Below are positions 8,956 through 18,362 of a DNA stretch of 64,000 nt, in pieces (within the stretch, counting starts at the first letter, position 1; each line of letters starts with the position of its first letter). The stretch covers positions 288,001 through 352,000 of the forward strand of contig CAXXNF010000001.1 in assembly GCA_963666365.2 (NCBI GenBank). Direction: 5' to 3'. The stretch is from Syntrophales bacterium. GTDB taxonomy: Bacteria; Desulfobacterota; Syntrophia; Syntrophales; UBA2210. The notes below the pieces were generated by a model that was not told where the DNA came from, did not search any database, and saw only the letters and a program-made list of their open reading frames with translations. Position numbers and translations under genes: made by a program.

Positions 8956-10206
8956 ATGTTTGATTTTTTACTCACCGAAGAACAGCTGAAAATTCGCGAC
9001 GAGGCCAGGGAGCTGGTGGCCTGGGTGCCCCGTCAGATGGTCCTCGATATGGACAAAGATGTCATAAAATTTCCGAAGGAATTTCTCCGCGAGGCGGGGA
9101 GGCGCAATCTCCTGGGCTGCCGCTATCCGAAACAATGGGGCGGCAGGGATATGGACTGGGTAACCTCCTGCATGCTCATGGAAGAGGTGGGCATGCTGGG
9201 CTACGAATTCGCCTGCGTCTTCGGCGTGGGCGCCGAGCTGGTCTGCGACGCCGTCATGCAGCACGGAACAAACGATCTGAAGGAACGCTACGTAAAACCC
9301 CTTCTCAAGGGCGATCTCTTCGCCGCCGAATGCCTCACCGAACCCAGGGGCGGTTCGGACTTCTTCGGCGCCGTTACTACTGCCGAGGACAGGGGGGACC
9401 ACTTCCTTCTGAGCGGTCAGAAACGATTTATCGTGGGAGGCGAAGGGGCGGACTTCTTCCTGGTCTACGCCCGCACCAACTTCGATCCCCAGGCCAAACC
9501 GCAGGAATCGCTTACGGCCTTCATTGTCGACAGGGGTCCCGGCGTAGAGACCAAATATCTCTACGGTCTCATGGGATGTCGCGGCGGAGGCACGGCCCGT
9601 GTGATCTTCAAAGATGCGAAGGTTCCCAGGGAAAATGTGGTCGGCAGGATCAACGGGGCCTACGACGTCTTCAACACCATGATGATTCCGGAGCGTCTCG
9701 GTACCGCCGCCATGACCATCGGTGCCGCCCAGCCCGCAATCGATATCGCCACGAATTACACCTCCCGGAGAAAGGCCTTCGGCCAGGTGATCAACCGCTT
9801 CGAAGGGGTCAGCTTCCAGATCGCAGAGGCGGTGATGCTCCTCGATGCGGCCCGGTCGCTGGCCTACACCACGGCGCGGGCTGTCGATGCCGGCGTCGAC
9901 ATGAACCGCGTGCGCCGCATGGTCTCGGAGTCAAAAAAATTCATCACCGAATCCTGCCAGAAGGCGGTCCACAACGCCATGCAGGTGATGGGCGGAATCG
10001 GCTACACCACCATCTTCCCCGTGGAGCGCATTCATCGGGACATCCGCCTCGCCTCCATCTGGACGGGGACCAGCGAGGTCATGTCCATGATCACCGCCCA
10101 CGAATGGTACCAGGAATACTTCAAGACAAAGAAAAAACGCCTCGCCCGCGATTTCGAATATGACGCTGAAGAAGCGGATGCGGCCGACGAAAAAATATAC
10201 GAATAA
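8956..10206 (+). CDS. Acyl-CoA dehydrogenase
   Basis: AECLTEPRGGSD, LSGQKRFI, RKAFGQ, QVMGGIGY, IWTGTSEV. Confidence 0.95.
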   Translation: MFDFLLTEEQLKIRDEARELVAWVPRQMVLDMDKDVIKFPKEFLREAGRRNLLGCRYPKQWGGRDMDWVTSCMLMEEVGMLGYEFACVFGVGAELVCDAVMQHGTNDLKERYVKPLLKGDLFAAECLTEPRGGSDFFGAVTTAEDRGDHFLLSGQKRFIVGGEGADFFLVYARTNFDPQAKPQESLTAFIVDRGPGVETKYLYGLMGCRGGGTARVIFKDAKVPRENVVGRINGAYDVFNTMMIPERLGTAAMTIGAAQPAIDIATNYTSRRKAFGQVINRFEGVSFQIAEAVMLLDAARSLAYTTARAVDAGVDMNRVRRMVSESKKFITESCQKAVHNAMQVMGGIGYTTIFPVERIHRDIRLASIWTGTSEVMSMITAHEWYQEYFKTKKKRLARDFEYDAEEADAADEKIYE

Positions 10207-10268
10207 CATACAGGCAAGGGGCTATAGGTCAGAGGATATGATGGGCTTTGCACTTCGCTACCCATGAT

Positions 10269-10697
10269 CTATAGCCTGCCGTCATCGAGAAATAAAAGAT
10301 GCACACGTGCTTCGAAGACAGGAGCAGTTCTTTCCAAGCTTATTTCTTCCGTGGCATAGAGCACCGCCCGTACGAGTCCGTCTTCCCGGAATTTATGGAT
10401 CTTAAGGTATTCGGGATCATTTGCCATCTTGAGGAAGGCCTTGCGGGAAGGATACTGCACGAACATTACGATGTCCCAGGCCTCGTCTCCGTTCAGCAGT
10501 TCCTTTGCCCTGCCGACGTAGAGCGATTTGCCGCCTAAGGCCTCCACAAATGTATTCGCCTCCTGGGCTTAGCGGGCATAGGATTCCGCTCCTCCGTCCT
10601 TGTTGAATTTCAAAAGATTGAGCATCACAATCGGCCTCTCGTCGGAATTTTTCAACAACGCCCTGAACTGATCCACATTCGACTTGATGGGACTCAT
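10269..10697 (-). pseudogene. DUF1330-like protein interrupted by an in-frame TAA
   Basis: AGGAGG RBS, ATG at 10697; PIVMLNLLKF...AESYAR*AQEANTFVEALGGK...WDIVMFVQYPSRKAFLKM; both halves share one frame, TAA at 10571-10569. Confidence 0.75.
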
Positions 10698-10949
10698 CGC
10701 AATACCTCCTTTCAGGCATATCTGATCGATTGGCATTCCCTTGCCACAGGGGAATCGAGGGGGCAACACATATTTGGAAATATGGAAGCCACCCCTTTGA
10801 TAACACGAATGAACGACACAAGAGTTTTCTTGCATGTCGCGAGTTTATTCTTTAATGTGTAGAAAGTGTATCCGAATTACCGCACGAATCGCGTATCAGG
10901 AGACCTTTTCTTCTGTGCAGTTTTAAAATCATACGTAAGGAGATTATGA

Positions 10950-11519
10950 ATGAAAACCTTCGAAGAACTTTTGACGCAACGTCGTTCGATCAGGGATTTC
11001 GAAGAACGTGAGGTTGCCCTTTCGATACTGCAAGAGATGATACGGGAAAGTTCTCTCGCCCCCAGCGCCCGGAACGGTCAACCCTGGCACTTCATTATTG
11101 TCACCAACAAAAGCACAATCCGGGAACTTTCGAACGAATGCAAGCGCAACCTGCTTGACGACATCGCGCAGAATCCGGAGCTTCCCATCAAAGACTACCG
11201 GCCGGCGCTTGAAGACAAAGACTTCAATATTTTTTATAATGCCCCCTGTCTGCTCTATATCGTGGGTCCCGATTCGGTAAGCTCGCTTGATTTCGACTGC
11301 GCCCTTGCCGCGTCCTATCTAATGTTCGCTGCGGTAAGGCGGGGACTGGGGTCCTGCTGGATCGGTCTCGGCGCCCATATCAGAAGCCGGGAGATGAAAG
11401 ATGCACTCGGTCTTCCGTATAATTTCAGGATTGCGACGCCGCTTATCCTCGGGTACCCGCGGGTAATACCGGAGGCGGCGCCCCGGGAAGACCCGAAAAT
11501 TCTGAAAATTATTTCATGA
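10950..11519 (+). CDS. Nitroreductase family protein
   Basis: RRSIRDF, APSARNGQPWHF, GLGSCWIG, LILGYP. Confidence 0.93.
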   Translation: MKTFEELLTQRRSIRDFEEREVALSILQEMIRESSLAPSARNGQPWHFIIVTNKSTIRELSNECKRNLLDDIAQNPELPIKDYRPALEDKDFNIFYNAPCLLYIVGPDSVSSLDFDCALAASYLMFAAVRRGLGSCWIGLGAHIRSREMKDALGLPYNFRIATPLILGYPRVIPEAAPREDPKILKIIS

Positions 11520-12912
11520 CGTCCCCTTCGGCGCGTACGCTCAGGGCATCCAAAATTTCATGAATATCCGCACCGGGATGGGAGGACAGATAGAGGGCAA
11601 TGCGGTTGGCGGCGAAGGCCGCCGCTATGGAAGTACCGGCATAGCTGCCGGGGTCTCCCCTGTACCCCACCGGCAGCGACGCCATCCCCGGTGCATACAC
11701 CGACACGGACGAACCGAAGTTGGAGCGATCCCATATCGTACCGTCCCTGCCCAGCGCCCCGACGCCGATCACTGATGAATAGGCAGCCGGATATACCGGG
11801 TTGCCTGTCGGTTCGTTGCCGGCCGATGCGACCACAATGAGTCCCTTCGATGCCGCGTCATTCAGGGCCTGTTCCATAAATTCGCTGCCGGCATCGCCTC
11901 CCCAGCTCAGACTCAGCACGCGGGCACCGTTGCGGATTGCATACTCGATCCCCTGCAACAGTTGGAACCCTGAGATATGTCCGTTGTCATCTATCCCCCG
12001 AATTGGAATGAGGGGGACCGTGGCTGTTCCATCTTCCTCGACTCCGAAGGGCCTCACCATCCCCGATGCGATATAAGCCATCTGGGTCCCATGGCCCTGG
12101 GTATCTGCTATGGGGGTCCCGGGACTGAGCGTGTCCAGGCTCGCCAGGACAAGCCGCCCCAATCCTGCGCCCGCCGCAAGTCCCGTATCTATAATGGCGA
12201 TCGGCGCCCCTTTCCCGGCGCCTGAGACAGGAAACAGGGCGGAGTCAGACACGCCGGGCAGTGGTCTTGGACCGACTATGGAATAGGCATAGTGCGGCTC
12301 GGCGTGTGCAATGCCGGACTTTGACGTTATTTCCTCCACCAGCGAAAGGACGTCGGCGCCGTCGGGAAGACGAATCCTGTAGACCCCTGTGGCCGCGTAA
12401 TAATCAACTATCCTGCCTCCGATCTGCAGGAGAAGCTTCTGAAAATCCGCCATGCCAATGCCGGGCCTTACTGTGACAAGGAGTTCATTTTTCACAAAGA
12501 GCGCACCGGTTTTTGCATCTTTTTCAAGCGAAAGTACTGAAGGCGGCGTCAGCGGCTGCATGTATTCCTTCAACCCCGGCTGAAATACCTGAATTTCGGC
12601 AAGGCGGGGAGGGTGTCCGTCGAGACCCGGAATGGCTTCCCAGATCAGGACATGATTGAGCGATTTTAAAATCGCATTCAATCCCTGCTGCAGGGAACGA
12701 TCCCTGAAAGAAACCGTGATGAGCGGATTAATGCTCGGATCGATGCGGATCCTGATTCCCTGGCGGGCAAAATGCGTCAGAATGTCCTGAAGCGGCGCCC
12801 GGTCGGCGGTCATCGACAGAGTCTCTGCAGAGAGGCGCATATCAAAGGCCGACGCATAGGCGACGCAAAGAAAAAAAAGAATTGCAATCAGAAACGTCAA
12901 AAAATTCTTCAT
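11509..12912 (-). CDS. Secreted S8 (subtilase) peptidase with N-terminal secretin-N0/STN-like domain
   Basis: Signal peptide MKNFLTFLIAILFFLCVAYASA (start 12912, GGAG RBS); triad IAIIDTG / HGTQMA / GTSIAA; SAGN oxyanion; YPAAY. Confidence 0.88.
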   Translation of the reverse strand: MKNFLTFLIAILFFLCVAYASAFDMRLSAETLSMTADRAPLQDILTHFARQGIRIRIDPSINPLITVSFRDRSLQQGLNAILKSLNHVLIWEAIPGLDGHPPRLAEIQVFQPGLKEYMQPLTPPSVLSLEKDAKTGALFVKNELLVTVRPGIGMADFQKLLLQIGGRIVDYYAATGVYRIRLPDGADVLSLVEEITSKSGIAHAEPHYAYSIVGPRPLPGVSDSALFPVSGAGKGAPIAIIDTGLAAGAGLGRLVLASLDTLSPGTPIADTQGHGTQMAYIASGMVRPFGVEEDGTATVPLIPIRGIDDNGHISGFQLLQGIEYAIRNGARVLSLSWGGDAGSEFMEQALNDAASKGLIVVASAGNEPTGNPVYPAAYSSVIGVGALGRDGTIWDRSNFGSSVSVYAPGMASLPVGYRGDPGSYAGTSIAAAFAANRIALYLSSHPGADIHEILDALSVRAEGDVMK

Positions 12913-13013
12913 TATCTCCACTGGTGCACTACGCTGCCGCCCCGCACTGTACGGAACACTTTCTGCCGGCTCGCCATAGAGCGTGCGAAATTTCAATTTA
13001 CCCTGTAGATCTT

Positions 13014-13820
13014 TCAAAGAATTACCCCTAACAGTAGCCACAGGGCAACAATTGCTTCGGTTCCGTGCACAATAACGGCCATCCAGTTGCTTCGGAAACG
13101 CCTCGCCGGCAGGCTGAGAATGATACCGGAAAACAGAATCTGGTGTGGAATTCCGAAGGGTTTGTGAAGATGGTACATGCCGAAAAACACACCGTTGAAG
13201 AACCAGTCCCACCGTCCGAAGACTCCTCTCATTTTCGGAAGCAGTATTCCGCGGAAAAGAAATTCTTCACCCAGCAGATAATTGAAGGGTATTGTGATCA
13301 GTGCCAGGACCAGCAACCACCATGCCCCTTTGTACTCCGGCGTCAACACCTGCCCCAGGCTGTAATGGGGCAGGTGTACTGCACAGGGGAATATTGTGCC
13401 GACGATGTCGGGTAGCGGAACATACTGCGAGGCATAGCTCAGTATAATGAATGGAAGGACCCACAGAAAAAGCCAGTAACTGCCCCTTCCCGTTCCGGGA
13501 GCACGGGGTCTTTGGTACCACATCCTTTGTCTGACAGTGCGCCACTTCACCTCTCCGCACTCTCTGCGCACGATAATCAGTGACAGCGCACACTGCCACA
13601 TAAGGCCGACAATCATGAAGGGCCAGAACACCACTAACGGCGGAACTTCTGAAGAAATATTAAAGCAGGCAATCACCGCCGGAGTGACGGCAAAGGCGAA
13701 CACCGGCATCGGTGCGGTGGCCAATGCCCATATGCCCACAATTTTCGCAAAACTGTATTGCCCACCTTCCGCCGCCTGCTCATCGCCTATGGCATCCGCT
13801 TCTCTATTCTGCCGTTTCAT
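13014..13820 (-). CDS. CPBP (Abi/Rce1-like) intramembrane glutamic endopeptidase
   Basis: Multiple TM segments; GEEFLFRG, FGMYH, IVHG motifs. Confidence 0.88.
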   Translation of the reverse strand: MKRQNREADAIGDEQAAEGGQYSFAKIVGIWALATAPMPVFAFAVTPAVIACFNISSEVPPLVVFWPFMIVGLMWQCALSLIIVRRECGEVKWRTVRQRMWYQRPRAPGTGRGSYWLFLWVLPFIILSYASQYVPLPDIVGTIFPCAVHLPHYSLGQVLTPEYKGAWWLLVLALITIPFNYLLGEEFLFRGILLPKMRGVFGRWDWFFNGVFFGMYHLHKPFGIPHQILFSGIILSLPARRFRSNWMAVIVHGTEAIVALWLLLGVIL

Positions 13821-14680
13821 TTCCCTCTCCTATTTTTCTCCCCTTCTCTGCCTTGTATAATGGATACTTCGTCGAGATCGCCCCGCAAAAATGCGATTAT
13901 ACGGTCGAATGCACGAGAATCCTGCCAGAAAAACAGATGCCCCCCTTCAAAGAATTCCAGCTGAGAGCCTTTGATCTGTCGGTGTATCGCTTCGAGATTG
14001 GCGGGCGCGGCAATGCCATCATATCGTCCTCCGCAGATATACACAGGCATGGCAAGAGCCGGAAGCCGGTCATAGGCGTCATGAAGGGCACGGGCGGCCA
14101 TCTGCCGGCGTGCGCCGGTTTCGCGCCCCGGCTCGTCGGCGCCTATTTGCAGATCCTTCACCGCTTGATCGATCAGGACCTTAAATTTTGAGGGATTGGC
14201 GGCCTGCCAGGCATCATCCCGGCGCGTATCGCCCAGTTGAAGCATGCGGTGCACATACTCCTCGACCGGAAGATGGGCCAGTTCGTGCAGGGGGTATGAG
14301 GCGCCGCCGTTCCCCCCGCTGCTGGTGCAGGCAAGGACAAGGCGTTCCACACGGTGCGGATGGCGCAATGCAAATTCCTGCGCCACCATTCCGCCAAAGG
14401 AAATTCCCAAGACAGCACAACGTTCCCATCCTGCGGCATCGAGCAGAGCGTCGGCATCATCGGCATAGTCTGACATGGCATAGGGGATATCGGGGGATGA
14501 GGTCCGGCCGAGACCGCGCTGATCATAGCCCAGTATTGTGAAATGTGCGGCAATCGGCATATCGAAGATCGTCGGGGACCGCCGCAAGTCTCCCCCCGTC
14601 CCGCTGATACTGAGCAGCGGGGGACCGGCCCCATGAATCTCGTAATACATGCGAATGTCGCGAACAGTTGCAAACGGCAT
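13817..14680 (-). CDS. Alpha/beta hydrolase
   Basis: MYYEIHGAGPPLL, YDQRGLGRT, nucleophile elbow GISFGG, GRYDG, GGH; start 14680 after GAGGAGG. Confidence 0.9.
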   Translation of the reverse strand: MPFATVRDIRMYYEIHGAGPPLLSISGTGGDLRRSPTIFDMPIAAHFTILGYDQRGLGRTSSPDIPYAMSDYADDADALLDAAGWERCAVLGISFGGMVAQEFALRHPHRVERLVLACTSSGGNGGASYPLHELAHLPVEEYVHRMLQLGDTRRDDAWQAANPSKFKVLIDQAVKDLQIGADEPGRETGARRQMAARALHDAYDRLPALAMPVYICGGRYDGIAAPANLEAIHRQIKGSQLEFFEGGHLFFWQDSRAFDRIIAFLRGDLDEVSIIQGREGEKNRRGK

Positions 14681-14824
14681 GACAGGTTGCCCTCCTCGTC
14701 GGCGCATTTCGCATAATGTCCCTATGCTTTTTACACACTGCCGATACAGAATACCATAAATTTGTAATTTTATATGCAATGTTTCATAAAGGCCAGTGAC
14801 AAAATTTCTCTTAACTTTTGCGGC

Positions 14825-14851
14825 TAAAGTTTCCGGCGTTTCTGCCGATTA
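14825..14851 (+). promoter_or_regulatory. Sigma28 (FliA) promoter of the chemoreceptor gene
   Basis: TAAAGTTT-N11-GCCGATTA, one mismatch from the TAAAGTTT-N11-GCCGATAA consensus, about 80 nt upstream of the MCP start. Confidence 0.85.
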
Positions 14852-14929
14852 ACGAAACAGTACAGTTGTTGCATTGGATTTAATGGTTGCACACCTTCAC
14901 CAACGCAAAAAAGACTGAGAGGGAAAGAC

Positions 14930-16828
14930 ATGTTTAGAAATGCAACTTTGGGGAAGAGAATAGGTTCCGGTTTTGCCATATTGTGCGTTCTCACGATAGC
15001 GGTCGGCAGTGCGGGATACTTCGGGCTGACCCGCGTCCTGCATGTTATGGATTTCTACCGGGATACCGCCACCATCAAGGATATCGTCGCCTCCATCAAG
15101 GGGGAAGTCGATCAATATCTTCTTTTCAATTATGACGAAGGAAGAATGACGCAGGCACCCGCCAGGGAGCGGGCATTCGCCCACACGGAAAAGGGACAGC
15201 ACTATATTCTCGAGATGCTTCAGTCGTCAACTCTCAGTGCAGAAGAGAGAAAAAATGTCGAGGCGGTAAAAGCTGAAATGGATGCTTTCAAAAGCGCATT
15301 GAACAGTTATGTCGATGCCGAAGCGGCAAAAATGAAAGCATCGAAGAGGTTCAGCGAAATTAGTGCGGATTTAATTGCAACCGTGGTAAAGGCAAAATTA
15401 TGGGTTGACGACTTACGGGCGGCACACACTGTGTTAACAGCCGACGTGGACACCTATTTCAATCGCTCACTGGAATCGGCTTGGCAACGGATAACCGCCG
15501 ATCTGGAAAATTTAAAAAAAGTGGTGGGAGACTGGCACTTCAAGGTTGAAAACAGCGAGCAGCTGAACGCCCTGGGAAATGTAATGAAGGCACACATCGA
15601 ACAGCTGAACGTCGAACTTTTGAACTATCATAAAGGCGTAGTTGACCAGCAGGAATACCATGCGCTCATGGAACAGCACAGGAAGCGCATCGGGAATATT
15701 TGGGCGGCGCTCGAAAAGACCAGCAGTGAAAAGCTGCAGAAGCAAACCAGAGTTTCTCTGACCTGGATCATAGGCATCATTATCGCATCACTGGTGATCG
15801 CAGTAGTATATTCCTGGATTACGATCCGCAACGTGGTGGGTTTAACGAGAAGAATCGCCAGTGATGTGATTGAGGGATCCGATCGTATCGGCGCGGCCTC
15901 GGATCAGATATCTCATTCAAGTCAGCAACTCGCCGAGGCGGCAAGCGAGCAGGCGTCTTCACTGGAAGAAACATCATCTTCTCTTGAGGAGCTGGCGTCG
16001 ATGACGAAGCAAAACGCCGATAGCGCCCGCCAGGCGAATGCATTGACCGGTGAAGCGCAACAGGTGGTGCAGGAGGTAAGCGAAAAATTATCCAAAATGA
16101 GCAGGGCGGTGGACGAAATCGGGAAAAATTCCGAGGAAACATTCAAGATTGTGAAAACGATTGATGAAATAGCCTTTCAGACAAATCTTCTTGCGCTCAA
16201 TGCCGCCGTTGAAGCGGCACGGGCGGGAGAACAGGGCGCTGGTTTCGCCGTTGTGGCCGAAGAGGTGCGAAGTCTTGCCATGCGTTCGGCGGAAGCGGCA
16301 AAAAGCACAAATGCGCTCATAGGAAAAACCGTCGATTCCGTCAAGGAAGGGGCGTTACTCAATAGGGAAGTAAATGAGTCTTTCACCAGGAATGCGGAGA
16401 TAGTGGGAAAGACGAACGAGCTGGTAAGCGAAATTGCCGCTGCGTCGCACGAACAATCGCAGGGAATCGGCCAGATCAACAAAGCCGTGACGGAGATGGA
16501 TAGAGTGACACAGCAAAATGCAGCCACTGCTGAGGAGAGTGCCGCGGCTGCGGAAGAAATGAACTCGCAGGCATGGCAAATGAAGGAGGCGGTGAGAAAA
16601 CTGGTCCGGCTGGTCGGAGGAGGCATGAGCGGCAACGGCAAAAATGAAAAAAGCGCTGCGCGAGGCAAGCAACAGCCGAATGACGCCGACCAACGCTTTT
16701 CTTACACACAGCAGGCGGCGGATAGCGCATCGCTCAGGGAAGACGACGCACCGCCGTCCGTACCCTCAATCGCCAGACACAGGAGCGCCGCGCTTATTGA
16801 GGGGACCGACAATTTCAAAGATTTTTAG
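14930..16828 (+). CDS. Methyl-accepting chemotaxis protein
   Basis: Two TM helices around a large periplasmic domain; [37 protein letters not shown]. Confidence 0.97.
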   Translation: MFRNATLGKRIGSGFAILCVLTIAVGSAGYFGLTRVLHVMDFYRDTATIKDIVASIKGEVDQYLLFNYDEGRMTQAPARERAFAHTEKGQHYILEMLQSSTLSAEERKNVEAVKAEMDAFKSALNSYVDAEAAKMKASKRFSEISADLIATVVKAKLWVDDLRAAHTVLTADVDTYFNRSLESAWQRITADLENLKKVVGDWHFKVENSEQLNALGNVMKAHIEQLNVELLNYHKGVVDQQEYHALMEQHRKRIGNIWAALEKTSSEKLQKQTRVSLTWIIGIIIASLVIAVVYSWITIRNVVGLTRRIASDVIEGSDRIGAASDQISHSSQQLAEAASEQASSLEETSSSLEELASMTKQNADSARQANALTGEAQQVVQEVSEKLSKMSRAVDEIGKNSEETFKIVKTIDEIAFQTNLLALNAAVEAARAGEQGAGFAVVAEEVRSLAMRSAEAAKSTNALIGKTVDSVKEGALLNREVNESFTRNAEIVGKTNELVSEIAAASHEQSQGIGQINKAVTEMDRVTQQNAATAEESAAAAEEMNSQAWQMKEAVRKLVRLVGGGMSGNGKNEKSAARGKQQPNDADQRFSYTQQAADSASLREDDAPPSVPSIARHRSAALIEGTDNFKDF

Positions 16829-18359
16829 CAGCATACCGGGGGGCCACAGGTATACGGATGAAGAAGCTCGTCCCTTGTCCCGGCTTTGATTTCACATTCA
16901 TATATCCACCGTGTTCTCGTATGATTTTACGGCTGATTGCCAAGCCAAGACCGGTGCCCCCTTCTCTGGTAGTGTAAAAGGGCTCGAAGATACGCTTCAT
17001 TTTGTCGTGCCGAATGCCCACCCCCGTGTCGGCAATCGTCACCTCCACCGTCGTGCTGCCGTCGTCTCTCAAGAGACCCGTGGTAAAGGTGAGCATGCCC
17101 CCCTGCGGCATTGCCTCGATGCCGTTGAGCGCAATATTGAGAAAAACCTGGATCATCTGTTCGCTGTCAATGAGGACGGGCGGCAGATCATCCGCCAGAA
17201 ACGCATCGATGGTGACAGCATCGGGCAGATTTCCCTGTTCGATCAAAACGACGGTTCTCTTTACGAGTTCGTTGACGTTAAGCGGTTTCATGGCGGGTGC
17301 GCAGGGCTTCGCATAGTTGAGGAACCGTGAAACCACATTGCCAAGCCGATCGACTTCTTCCGTAATTACCGTAAAGAGTTCGACGCTTTCGCTGCCTTCA
17401 ACCTCCGACTTGAGATACTGCGCAGCCCCCTTTATCGAGGCAAGAGGATTCCGTATTTCATGGGCAAGCCCTGTCGCCATTTCTTCCAGAAAGAGCGACT
17501 TTTCACGTTCCACCTCTTCATCAATGGCAAAAAGGGAGGTGAATGTAGCGTTCCCCTCGAAAAAAAAGTGGCCCGCTGCCTTTTTCAGAAGGAGCTTCAC
17601 CGGATCAACGAAGATCACGATTACGAAAGAGGCCATGAAGACGAGGGTAAAGTCGGGAAAGGGTCCATTCGTGCCGAAAATTGCAATAACCGTGTAAAAA
17701 ACAACAGTGACGAAGACGATGAGAATGAAAATAATCACCGCTCTCATCATAATTTCGTAAAGTTCCGGAAGTTTGGGATAGGTGATTATGATGAGGATGA
17801 AGTAAACCAGGGCCGCCAGTGCGATTTCCGACAGACCCGGAATGTCGATCCCCGCATCACGAAGGGGATCACTCAGGCTGACAATGAGGGTTGCGACGGC
17901 GGCAACGGCAACATAGCGGAGCCTTTTCTTTTCAGCACCCTCGACCTGAGACGCCGCACGAACGAGGGCGATGGAACAGCACAGGAGGGTCGCGTACAGA
18001 TACAGGTAGAGAATCCCCCCCATGAATCCCTCATTATGCCGAAGCAGGAAAAACGCCGTCCCCAAAACACAGGATACAAGAACGACATAGGGCAGCAGTT
18101 TTCTTAATATGTCTCCCTGCGCGTCGAGAAAGCGTCGGCAGAATACAAGCAGAAATAGAGGAATAAGCAGGATACCCGTTACATATAAGGACTTCCAGAA
18201 GAAGAGCCCGCTCACGTCATAAAAAAACAGACCGGACTTCTCAAGTGCAAGAACAAGGCACAGCGCCGCATAGGAAAGATGCAGCGGATTTTGCTTTTTT
18301 TTTATGATCAGCGAAATTGCAATAGCCAGGCTTATCGCCGCCAGGGCAAAGGTTTCCAT
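16815..18359 (-). CDS. Polytopic membrane sensor histidine kinase
   Basis: About 8 N-terminal hydrophobic helices; [36 protein letters not shown]. Confidence 0.92.
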   Translation of the reverse strand: METFALAAISLAIAISLIIKKKQNPLHLSYAALCLVLALEKSGLFFYDVSGLFFWKSLYVTGILLIPLFLLVFCRRFLDAQGDILRKLLPYVVLVSCVLGTAFFLLRHNEGFMGGILYLYLYATLLCCSIALVRAASQVEGAEKKRLRYVAVAAVATLIVSLSDPLRDAGIDIPGLSEIALAALVYFILIIITYPKLPELYEIMMRAVIIFILIVFVTVVFYTVIAIFGTNGPFPDFTLVFMASFVIVIFVDPVKLLLKKAAGHFFFEGNATFTSLFAIDEEVEREKSLFLEEMATGLAHEIRNPLASIKGAAQYLKSEVEGSESVELFTVITEEVDRLGNVVSRFLNYAKPCAPAMKPLNVNELVKRTVVLIEQGNLPDAVTIDAFLADDLPPVLIDSEQMIQVFLNIALNGIEAMPQGGMLTFTTGLLRDDGSTTVEVTIADTGVGIRHDKMKRIFEPFYTTREGGTGLGLAISRKIIREHGGYMNVKSKPGQGTSFFIRIPVAPRYAAKNL

Positions 18360-18362
18360 GGA

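Noticed and set aside
9135..10163. 342-aa Arg-rich ORF inside the acyl-CoA dehydrogenase
   Set aside because: Off-frame product of GC-rich codon usage.
10569..10571. Possible recoded stop in the DUF1330-like gene
   Set aside because: The codon is TAA at a probable Tyr position; not Sec or Pyl.
12913..13212. 100-aa N-terminal extension of the S8 ORF
   Set aside because: Overlaps the CPBP gene; the signal peptide and RBS point to 12912.
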